DNA from: Parvularia atlantis
Taxonomy: Eukaryota
Length of the DNA stretch: 40,900 nt
Direction: 5' to 3'
Assembly: GCA_943704415.1 (NCBI GenBank)
Contig: CALSCO010001112.1
Span: forward strand, 1 to 40,900
Part shown: piece by piece, positions 10,174-19,863 of the stretch
How positions within the stretch are numbered: the stretch's first letter is position 1
How the letters are laid out: every line of letters starts with the position of its first letter
Made by a program: the position numbers and the translations under genes
The notes under the pieces: model-generated
The model's database searches: none
What the model was told of the DNA's origin: nothing
What the model saw: the letters and a program-made list of their open reading frames with translations, nothing else

Positions 10174-13100
10174 ATGGTAGACGTCGTGCTTGATGCGGCT
10201 CAGCGTGTGGCGGACCGGGCGAACCGTGACCCTCGGCCGACGTCCTTTCGTCTCGCATCCCAAAAGCTGCGCGACATCTTCCTCAACCAACAGGGCCTGC
10301 AATCCGGCGTGGCGGCGCTGCTCGTCAGCCCCCTGACCAATGAAGCGGCCCGCGAGTCGACGTTTGCTGCAGAGGAGGTCCTTGAAGCAGCGCGCAGCGC
10401 GGCAAGAGCTTTTGCCGGCGCGAACGTCGTGTCGACACTGCATGCACAACTGCTGTGCGGCATTGTACTTGAGTGGACTGCGTGGGCGTGGACCATCGCA
10501 AGAGAACGTGACAGTCACCCGCAGACACCAGTGTCGTGGCTGGACACATTGAAAGGCTTCGTGCTCATGACCACTGCGGCAGCCAGTCAGGGCACCGCTG
10601 GGCCTGAGTTATCAGACCCAGAGTCGGATTCATTGCCGCACCAAAGTATGCTAGATGTGGCCGAAGGAGACGGAATGGTAATAGAGCGGCACGACGTATC
10701 CGTCGAAGATCAAGAGACCACAGACGTGATCCCCCTCGGTGGAAGCATGATTGAGCTACTCACGCGGCTCATTGCGAGCGACTATGCGCTGAGCGACGTG
10801 GATATGATTGTGCTTTTTGAGGCTCTGGCGGTGCTCAGTGGCAGTTCTCAATCGGTATTTCAACTGAGTGGCGGCGTCACTGCGTGCGTGTGTGCTCTAA
10901 ACCGTGCGTTGAAGCTACGTGAAAATCGCGACCTAGAAATGGGTGCGCGCCTACTGTGCGCTTGTGCCGAAGTTCTCAGCCGGGAAGCGTACGACAACCC
11001 CAACTTTGCTAATGCTCTTGCTGCTGAAGCTGGCGGCTTGCTACGCAACTTTTTTGCAGAGCTGCCGCGCCTCCTGCGACCACTGACACCCTCTGACTTA
11101 GCTGGCACTGTGCAGAGCGTGTGGCATAAGCGCGCACCAGTAGCCCTTGCGATCGGATGCACCAACCTTGCCTACGTTTCTGCTGCTTTTGCGACAGAGC
11201 TGCGTGTGCATGCACACGCTTTTTTGGCCACGCCGACCGAAGCACACTTTTTGTCTGCATGGGTCGCTGTGACGGCGCATGTAAGAAGCACTGATACCGA
11301 CACCTGGAAGATGCTTAATACGGATAGAGCAGCGTCAGTTGCCCTGAGCGTGATCACGGAAGGGCTGCGCGCTTTACGAGGAAGTGGCCCAGGCGGCACT
11401 AGCAGCGTGAATGTCTTCGCGGTGCCTTCGCATGCGCTAGTTCAGCAGTCGCGCCACATCATGCGCATCAGAGCCGCCGTAGCCGTTCTCAACGTATTGT
11501 CTCATAGGAGTCTTCTCAACAGGAAAAGCGAAGCAGCACAAATTATAAGGAGCCTGCAAGACTTGGTTGACCGTTTTCGTCCCACCATAATGCAGCTCCA
11601 GCAGTTTGCAAATGAAAACCGTCTACCGGCTCCTCCCGTGCCGCTGAAGCTTCTAAGTGACATGACATCCGTGTGGAATAACACCAGCCGCATTCTTGTC
11701 ACGTTGGGGGCGCTGCCTAATGCATCTTCCTTGCATCGTGCCTCCGTTCCTTCTGCGTGGCTACAGTTCGCGCAGTCACAGACTGAGCAAGGTGTTAAAC
11801 TAGTAGACGAAAACAAACGTGCGGCGCTTGGTGAGCGCTTCGTGGCTGCCATCAAGTTCGTGGCTCCATTCATCGACACAGCCTTTGTCGCACAATGGGT
11901 GGACGCCCCGTCTCGGCAGGAGGAACGTCGCAGCTTTCTGCAGGTGTATGCACACGAATTCTACCTGGAACGGCTCTCTAGACTGCTGCCGCCCGTCTTT
12001 ATAGATCCGGTGAACGATGTACGGATCAGCGTCCGTCTGACGCGGCGTCCTCCGCCTCCGAATGATGTAGAGAGTACGGAGAATCTGGAAACTGAGGCTG
12101 ACGCAAGAACGTTGTTGTTGGCTACTTCAGTCGTGCAGCATCACGCATCAAAGCTCACTGCGAAATACAAGCATATAACCGGCGTGATGTTTTCAACAAT
12201 GCGACGGATCCAATATGGCTCGAGCGTGCGTGAAGACGTGATCGCCGTGTACATCTTTGAGAAGGGGGTGACGCCGTTCGGTACTCAACATTTACCAACA
12301 TCGTTGACTGCAACGGGCCATCGCAATGCCGAGGGTTTGCCTGTAGACGTGCGCGAGGGCTTTTTTGAGCACGCCATCGGAGCAGCACATCGTGATATGG
12401 TCAACTTTTCTATGGAGAGCCTTCGCCCTGGCAGCAGCATCTCACGTGCGAGTGCTGCAAATTCGCCGATGTTTGGGCCACTCTCTGTCGGAGTATATGC
12501 ACGCCGGCGCCCCGGAGATCATGATGCTGAATTTGGCTTCGTCACAGTTGCACATGGCTTCGAAAGGGGTGACACACTTACTGCCCTTGAACCCAACCAA
12601 GGCGTCGTAAACTTAAATCTGGCTGCTGATGGCAATGCTATCAGCGTCGTTGCACCTGCAGTCTGGGACGCTGATGCCAACGACGGAATGGGCGCAGCTG
12701 TTGGATCTGCCCGGATCTCTGACATCATCTATCGCGGTTATCACTCTGACGGCCAAACCAAACCTGTTGCTGAGCTGGGCACGGACGTTGCTTTTGTGAC
12801 CACTGCGACAGACATGCAGCACTTGGCACGCATCCAGCACAGCAAAAGAGACTGGCAAGACATTAGGGATGCATCAGGCGACGCAGACTTTCCGATTATC
12901 GGCAAAAACGATGCCCCTTCGTGTGCAGTCGCGATTGTTGGGCCATGGTTCCCTCCTGAGTATTCGAATGACACACTGGCAGGCGCAAAACAACTCGTTC
13001 CCGTCATCAAAAGCGGTCGCACCACTGGGCTAAAGCGCGGCGGTCTGCGTGCTCGTCGCCCGTGTGCGGTAGTTCGTCACTTCGCTACAATTAAGCCTCT

Positions 13101-13320
13101 GCTTTTCGCAGACGTTTTCGCCATAGTATCTCAGCCTCAGGACGTTTTCGCCCTGCCCGGCGACAGCGGATCGTGTGTATGCTTTCTACGTGGAACTGCG
13201 CCCGATCAGCTTGTGGCCGAGGCTGTAGGCCTTGTGCTGGGAACCTTTGATGGGCGTGTGATTTGCCTTCCAATTCAGCGCGTGCAAGATGCACTGAACG
13301 TCCGTGTTGGAATCCCTTAA
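10174..13320 (+). CDS. Intronless 1048-aa protein: helical (ARM/HEAT-like) N-terminus, pro-domain-like segment and trypsin-fold serine protease (Nal1/peptidase S64-like)
   Basis: Single uninterrupted ORF. Putative catalytic triad His794 (FVTVAHG), Asp871 (GTDVAFV), Ser998 (LPGDSGS); also VIKSGRTTG and the upstream IAVYIFEKGVTPFG...LPVDVREG motif. Confidence 0.8.
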   Translation: MVDVVLDAAQRVADRANRDPRPTSFRLASQKLRDIFLNQQGLQSGVAALLVSPLTNEAARESTFAAEEVLEAARSAARAFAGANVVSTLHAQLLCGIVLEWTAWAWTIARERDSHPQTPVSWLDTLKGFVLMTTAAASQGTAGPELSDPESDSLPHQSMLDVAEGDGMVIERHDVSVEDQETTDVIPLGGSMIELLTRLIASDYALSDVDMIVLFEALAVLSGSSQSVFQLSGGVTACVCALNRALKLRENRDLEMGARLLCACAEVLSREAYDNPNFANALAAEAGGLLRNFFAELPRLLRPLTPSDLAGTVQSVWHKRAPVALAIGCTNLAYVSAAFATELRVHAHAFLATPTEAHFLSAWVAVTAHVRSTDTDTWKMLNTDRAASVALSVITEGLRALRGSGPGGTSSVNVFAVPSHALVQQSRHIMRIRAAVAVLNVLSHRSLLNRKSEAAQIIRSLQDLVDRFRPTIMQLQQFANENRLPAPPVPLKLLSDMTSVWNNTSRILVTLGALPNASSLHRASVPSAWLQFAQSQTEQGVKLVDENKRAALGERFVAAIKFVAPFIDTAFVAQWVDAPSRQEERRSFLQVYAHEFYLERLSRLLPPVFIDPVNDVRISVRLTRRPPPPNDVESTENLETEADARTLLLATSVVQHHASKLTAKYKHITGVMFSTMRRIQYGSSVREDVIAVYIFEKGVTPFGTQHLPTSLTATGHRNAEGLPVDVREGFFEHAIGAAHRDMVNFSMESLRPGSSISRASAANSPMFGPLSVGVYARRRPGDHDAEFGFVTVAHGFERGDTLTALEPNQGVVNLNLAADGNAISVVAPAVWDADANDGMGAAVGSARISDIIYRGYHSDGQTKPVAELGTDVAFVTTATDMQHLARIQHSKRDWQDIRDASGDADFPIIGKNDAPSCAVAIVGPWFPPEYSNDTLAGAKQLVPVIKSGRTTGLKRGGLRARRPCAVVRHFATIKPLLFADVFAIVSQPQDVFALPGDSGSCVCFLRGTAPDQLVAEAVGLVLGTFDGRVICLPIQRVQDALNVRVGIP

Positions 13321-13525
13321 CTCGGAAAGTTCTGCATCCTAATGAAAGCATAACAATAATGCTCTCACGCGCCCTCTTTTTCCCTCCTCTTTGTCCCTAC
13401 GCGCCCTCCAAGTTACCACCCATGGCAGACTGCAATTTGACAATCATTGCTACGTCGCATCACGCAACCTGGCGTTCTGTCTTGCACAAGTTCGCTTTCT
13501 TACAGTGCCGCCTCACACATGCACG

Positions 13526-16500
13526 CTAGTCGAAGAAGTAGGCGCTATCGCGCACCTCGTTAATGTCAAAGTCGCCGCGCAGCGGCAGCGGCGAGATCTT
13601 GACCGGGCGGAAGTCGTTGCGCAGGCGCCGACGCAGCTCCTCCTTGTCGACCTTGGCGGCCCCCTCGCCCGCGTTCTCGTCCGACGAGCTGTCGGCGTCG
13701 TTGCCGATGGACGGCTTGCCCGCGCCGATGACCGGGTCGTACACGAGGTTGCCGCCGTAATGGGCCACAAACTCGTTCCTGCGCGCGCGGCAGCGTTCGG
13801 GGACCGCACGCAGCACACGCGCAGGGCGCGCGCACCGCAGGTTGGTCATGATTGGCTGTGAGTGCAGCTTGATAAACTGCTCGCGGATGAGCGTGTTGAG
13901 CGTGTCGATGCTGGCCGCGTGCGTCCAGTACGAGTCGTGCACGGACGCGAACGTGATCGGGTCCTGCGGCGAACCGGTCAGGCACAGCACAACACACGCA
14001 AGCGAGCGAGCCAGCGGGCGCACAGACCTTGAGCATGCGCGCCGCGACGGCCGTCATGAGCATGTGCGTCGAGTCGAGCGAGTGGATAAAGTTGGGCGGG
14101 AAGGCCGACTTTTGTCGCATGACGTGCACGCGCTGGCGCGAATAGATGTCGTTGATCTGGACCGTCTGGAGCGTGGTGCGGATCTGGCGCAGGTTGATGC
14201 GGCGGTACGGCTGGACGATCGGCAGGCCTAGCGGCGTGGTCCAGACGACGAGCGTGTTGTCGCTGCAGCGCTTGAGCAGCTTGCGCCAGGCCGACTTGGA
14301 GCTCTTGCCCTGCACGTGTGCGTCCACGACCGCGTCCACGGCAGACGGCTGCGACGAACGCGCAATCTCGCCCGCCGACTCGGTCAGCCACGACTGGATC
14401 TCGCGCGCGCCCTGGAAGATCTCGCCGAGCGATGCAAACACCTGCGCGCGCGCGGCACGGTCAGCGGCACGATCAGCGCAAGCGTTGCACACGGCACGCC
14501 GCACCAGCCGCGCAATGTACACCGACGCGCCAAAGATCTTGTCCTCGGGCACGACCTGCTTCTCCTTGAGCCGGTTCTCGATCTGCAGGCGCGCACCCAC
14601 AAACGTCACGCCGTACACGTTCGTCATGACCGTCTGCTTGACGATCTACGCGCCGTGGCGGTCAGCATGCACACTCGGGCCACACCGCGGCGCACCTTGC
14701 GCGTGATCTTGTCCTTCAGCAGCAGGCCCATCTGGTGGTTGCGCGAGGTCGGGTCCGCCGCGTCTGCGCCACGCCCGCGTCAGCCAGGCAGGTGTTACGG
14801 CAACGGCGTACCCTGCGCCACGCGCGCCGCCACGCGGTTCGCCACGACCGTGTACACGTCCTGCGGCACGGGCGACGGGCGCAGGTTGACCGACTGCGCG
14901 CCGAGCACGTCGCCGCCCAGGGCCGCGTAGTGCTGCAGGCCGTTGCAGCTCCCGTCCTGGCGGCACAGTCAGCAGTATGCCAGCACAGGCGCCGGCGCCG
15001 GCGCACCTGGTGCACGGGCAGGTGCGACACAAACTCGGCCGGATTCGGATGCTTGAGCGCCTCGGACAGCTCAATGCACGTCGCGAGGGCCTGCCACGGG
15101 TCGTCTGAGTTCTTGATCCACCAGTGGTTCTGTGGGCGCACGCAGGTCATGAGGCCGCGGCGCACACGCAACGTGCGGCAGCCGGGCGCACGTTGCAAGG
15201 GTCCTCGGCCGCGGCGCGGATATTGTCCATCTGCGTGTCGATGTACGCCACGCGCCCGTCAAACGACAGCCTGCGCCGGCCGTCAGAGAGAGAGCGCCGC
15301 GCAGCCGCAGCGGGCGCCGCGCACTTGTCCTGCCCGAGGAGGTTGGCCAGGTGAATCTTGAGCCAGTACAGGCCGCGCGCGCCCAACGGCTGGCCCTCGT
15401 TGAACAGCAGCAGGCCGCGGCACAGGTCCGAGCCGACGTGGTTCAGGTGCGGCGGGATGGGGTAGGCGCGCCCGCGAAAGTCGAGCGAGTGCGGAAAGTA
15501 GAACACGGCCTCGTCGTACTGCGCCGCTGCGTCAGTCCGTGCACACGCCGCGAGCGCTGGCGCGACAGTGACACGCACAGCCTTGGCGATCTCGAGCTTG
15601 TAGCTGGTGTCACACCGCAGGCCGTGCAGCTCGCGGTTGAGCTTCTCAATCTTGCGCTTGGCCACGACGTACTTGCGATACTCGGCCGGCGGCACGGCCC
15701 CCGGCCCTTCGCGCGGCGGCGGCGGCGGCAGCTCGAGGTCCTTGCGCTGCGGGATGTCGGCGATGCCCCCGTCGCGGTTCCAAAAGTGCTCGGCCACGGC
15801 CAGGGTCTGTCGAACGTGAGCGCAAAACCACGCACGAAAACCGGGCAACGCACTCGCTTGTTGATCCGCCACTGCGTCGCGCCGAGCACGTCCAGCGCCG
15901 CAAAGACGTGCTGCAGCTCGCCGCGCTCGCTCGCCTCGCGCAGGTGCGCCAGCTGCTCGGGGCTGTCCTTGACGCGCATGCACGGCTCTGCACGAAGCGT
16001 GCTGAGCACCCGGCCAGGCGCGCCGCGACGTCCGCGCACGCACTGTTCACGGTCAGGTAGCCGCCCGAGTTGTACGAGAACCACGGGCGCGGTCGCACGA
16101 GCATCGGCAGCATGCGCCCGTTGAGGAACTGTGCAGTGCGTTAGCCGTGGCGTCGCGATCGGGCGGAGGCGGCGCAACGCACCTCGACGATGTTGGTCGC
16201 CTTGTTGATCACCTGGGCCACATCGTTGTGGAACTTGATCACGCCGACGGTCTTGGTGCCAATGAACGCCGTCGAGTGCCACAGTGCCGGCGCCGTGTCG
16301 TACCTGCACCAGCGTGTGAGCGCCCACCGCCCGAGCGGGTCGCGCCTGCGCACGTCGTTGTGCCGTCTGGCCGAACGGTGGGCACGTGGACCACGGCCGA
16401 CTTGACGAGCAGGTCCAGCAGCAGCGAGCCGACCTGCCGTCGAGCAGTCAGCACGGCGCGGCAGGCGGGCGCACAGCAGCGCACCTTGGTCTTGATTGCG

Positions 16501-18481
16501 GTTGTCCAGCGCGGCGTCCAGTTGCCGTACTCCTTGCTCGTCTGCTCCTCCAGCTCCGAGTAGATCTTGCGAATCTGCGGGCAGCGTGAGCGCGCGTCGC
16601 GGGGTCAGGTCGCAAGCACGCCGCGACCTTGTTCTGGAACAGGCGCTGAGACGTCCAAATGCTCGACAGCTCCTCTGCCGTCATGTTGAGCTGCGCCATG
16701 CCGCGTCAAACACGCGACCGGCATAGTGCGCGCGCGCGAGGAAACGCACCTGCTTGCGGTTGCGCCGCAGCTGGTCGGCGTGGAACGTGGACTCGATCGC
16801 CGCGCCGATGCTCATGCACAGCGCGCCGACCTTCATGCCCGTGGTCTCGTTCTGCCGCAGCGTCTGGTGGTAGTGCGTGAGCACCTCGACCGCGACGGTG
16901 TCGGCGACGATCTCGGGCTTGATCTGCCTGATGTACTGGTACATGTCGCGATCGGCCAGGCCCTTCTCCTGCTGGTTGAAGCGCCGCAGCGCGTCCGTCA
17001 GGGCCGGCACGAAGCTCTCGCGCCAGCCGTGGATAATGCCGACGAGGTCATGCCGGTTGAAGATGATGTTGACGCTGCGGCGGGCGCCGTCAGCACTCAT
17101 CGCACCGCTGTCGACAAACCCCGCACCTCATGTCCTGCTCGCGCAAAATGCGCTGCCGTGCGATCTCTACCGCGCGCGTCTCCAGCTCGATCTGCTTGTC
17201 GGTGAGCGAGATGCCCGGCGCCTTCATGATCGACAGGTTGGTCTGCATCGCCTGCAGGTTCGGGTTCTGCGCGCGCCGCTCGCTCAGCGCAGCCCGAGCT
17301 GGTGCACTCGCGCGGCCGCCGCACCCCCTCGACCGGTGCATTGCTCGCCTCCTCGCGCACAAACTGCCGCGCACGCTCGCGTCGCAGCGCGTAGTACTCG
17401 TCGCCGGGAAGGGCCACTTTGTCGTCGCTGCACTCACCCTGCGCGACCGCCTCCTCCTCGCGCTGCGCTTCGAGCAGCTGCTCCTTGAGCTCGGCCAGCT
17501 GCGACTTGCGCAGCGCGATGCCCGACTCGAGCGACCACTTGGTGAGCGACTGCGCGCGTTCGCGACGCGTCGGCCGCAGCGCTACGTGTTCGTGTGTCCC
17601 TCGCAAAGCGCACCTGCTCGATCACGCTCGCCTGCGCCGGGTTGAGCCCGGGCGCCGTCCACAGGTCGTCGACGAGCGTGTGCGGCGCGAGCGCGGCGAG
17701 TGCGTCGTACACCTCAAACAGGCGCGCCCAGGTGACGGCCGGCCTGCATGCGCCCGCTTGAGTGCGCGTCCGGGCGATCGGCACAAGCGACACACGTCTC
17801 GAGCGCGTGGCCGATGAATGACAGCGCAATGGCGGCGTTGGCGCGCCCGTCGCGCTCCTTCATCAGCTGCAGCATGCGCCAGGCCGCGGCCTCCTTGCGC
17901 GCGAGCTTGGTGCTGGCGAGGAGGCCGCGGATGTAGGCCGCGTAGATCTCGGTGGGCGCGCCCTTGGCCATGCCAAAGTGGCAGCGGTCGAGCAGCTGCC
18001 GCGCGCGCACCCAGTTCTCGTTTCGGATGCATGCGTCCAGCAGCGGCAGGCACTCGGCGACATCGACGCTGCGGACGGCGCGCGCGCGCGCGCACGTTCA
18101 GCCGGGCATGGTGACGCGCGCGCAATGTGCGCACTGCCGTCGCGGGGAGCGCTGCTGTGCAGGTCGCGGGCGCTGCCGCTGCTGCTGCTGCTGCTGCTGT
18201 TGCTGAGGTGGTGGTGGCCTCGGCTGCTGCTGCTGTTGCTGCTGCTGCCGTTGTAGCTGCGGCTGAGGCGGCTGAGGCGGCAGCAGCGCGCCATCGTCGC
18301 CGAGCAGCGGCAGCACGTCGTCCAGGTCCATGTCGCTCAGCAGGTGCTGCGGCGGCATGCGCACGGCCGCGGCCGCGGGGCGCGCCATGGACGGCACCGC
18401 GTGCCCCGGCAGCGCGCCAGGCAGCGGCACAAGGCGCGGCAGGGCCGTGGCGAGCGACCGGCGCCTCAGCGTGGCCAGCAT
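13526..18481 (-). CDS. RPO41: Mitochondrial T7-like single-subunit RNA polymerase, 21 introns
   Basis: Motifs [72 protein letters not shown] and terminal YFFD. Arg-rich presequence [17 protein letters not shown]. Confidence 0.96.
18174..18262 (-). repeat. CAG/CAA microsatellite encoding two polyQ tracts in RPO41 exon 1
   Basis: Translates as [29 protein letters not shown]. Confidence 0.9.
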
Positions 18482-18532
18482 ATGTACAGGCAATGTGGGT
18501 CACTTGAAGGGCAAACAGATACAGTGACACTT

Positions 18533-18540
18533 TGACGTCA
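18533..18540. promoter_or_regulatory. CRE/ATF palindrome TGACGTCA in the 96-nt divergent promoter between RPO41 and the membrane-protein gene
   Basis: Perfect octamer between ATGs at 18481 (-) and 18578 (+). Function untested. Confidence 0.35.
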
Positions 18541-18577
18541 CGCCATCCGCCGATCGAGTCAGACTCACAGGCGCCGC

Positions 18578-19735
18578 ATGCCGACCACCTACGTCGTGTC
18601 GGTGCGCGCCCCGCCGCCCGCGCGCGACCCGCCCGCGCTTGACCCGCCCGCGCTCACACCGGCTCACACCTGCGCGCGTGCAACCGCAGATCATGAATGA
18701 ACGCGAGTCGCGCCTCGTCGAGCTGCGCCAGGCCCGCACGCGCCTGCGCATGCAGCTCGTCGTCGTGCTCACGGTCATGAGCGTGGCCATCGCCTTCCTG
18801 GCCGTGTACTTCTTCGCCTTCCAGAGCGGTGCGGCACCCGCGGCCCGGCGCGCGCTTGCCGGGCGGCTGGGCTTAACTGGGCGTGGCGTCAACGACGCGG
18901 CCGCAGCGAGCGCGTCGTGGTGGGTCTGGTTCTCGCTCATCGCCTACGGCCTGTTCATCATCTACTACATCCTGCGGTACCGGCGCATGGTGCACGGGAT
19001 CAACTACGACATCCGCCTGCTCTCCAACAACATTCCCCAGTTCACGACCGACGACCGCCGCGAGCTCACGCCGGAGGAGGAGCGCTCGGTCATGCCGCCG
19101 TCGTACGCGAGCGCGCTCACGCACCCGAACCGGCCTAACGGCATGCTCGTGCCGGACGCGACGATGCTGCCGCCGCCGCCGACGTACGACGAGGCCGCGC
19201 ACGTGCGTCTTCGTTTCGTCTTGTCCATCTGTCCGTCCGTCGCTTGCCTGACGTCGGTGTGTGTGCGCAGGATCCGGACATGCTCGTGCCGTCGGCAATC
19301 TTGCTGTCGCAGGGCATCGTCTCGCCCGCGCGGGACGCCCGGCCAACCGACGAGATCGCCGAGCCGCCGTCGGGGACCGCGCCCGCGTGGCTGCTGCGGA
19401 GCGGCGCGGAGGAAGGCCGACTGGGCGAGCCCAGGCCGGACCCATCGCAGGCGCAGTACACGCTGGACGAGCTGCTGCAGGGCCTGGCAATGGCGCCGAG
19501 CGACGACGAGCGGCTCGAGCTGCTGCTGCTGTTCCGGCCGCGCCTGCCGCCGCTCACGAGCGTGCAGGTGCGGCTGGTGCTGCGCGCGTTCGAGGAGGAG
19601 GATGCGCAGGTGCGCGCGGCACTCGAGCTGTTCGGGCTGGTGTCGGACAGGAACGCGTTTGACGATACAGTCGTGACGACGGTGTTCTCGCTGCAGCGGC
19701 AGGCCGCGCTGCGGCACGCGCTGGCCGCCAAGTGA
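18578..19735 (+). CDS. Two-TM membrane protein with PPxY motifs and a C-terminal DUF4476-like helical domain
   Basis: Three introns (about 18602-18689, 18829-18906, 19203-19270). Two hydrophobic spans, PPSY and PPTY motifs, then LDELLQGLAMAPSDDERLELL...LTSVQVRLVLRAFEEED...LFGLVSDRNAF. Confidence 0.65.
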
Positions 19736-19863
19736 CCCTCGCCACACCCTCCTCGCTGCAACGCTGTTTGTATGTAGCTCGCAATTGAAGGCATCCGCGC
19801 AAACGAGCGCGTCCAGTGCGAACCAATCCACGTGGACGCGCGATTCGCACACGACGCGCAGGC

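Noticed and set aside
9972..13525. Protease island as a transposon
   Set aside because: No transposase, RT or integrase motifs, terminal repeats or target-site duplication found. The shared CATGGCAG (10061, 13421) is too short to count.
13526..18481. Phage/viral origin of the T7-like polymerase or RNR
   Set aside because: Both have many host-type introns and host codon usage, and the polymerase has a presequence: ordinary nuclear genes.
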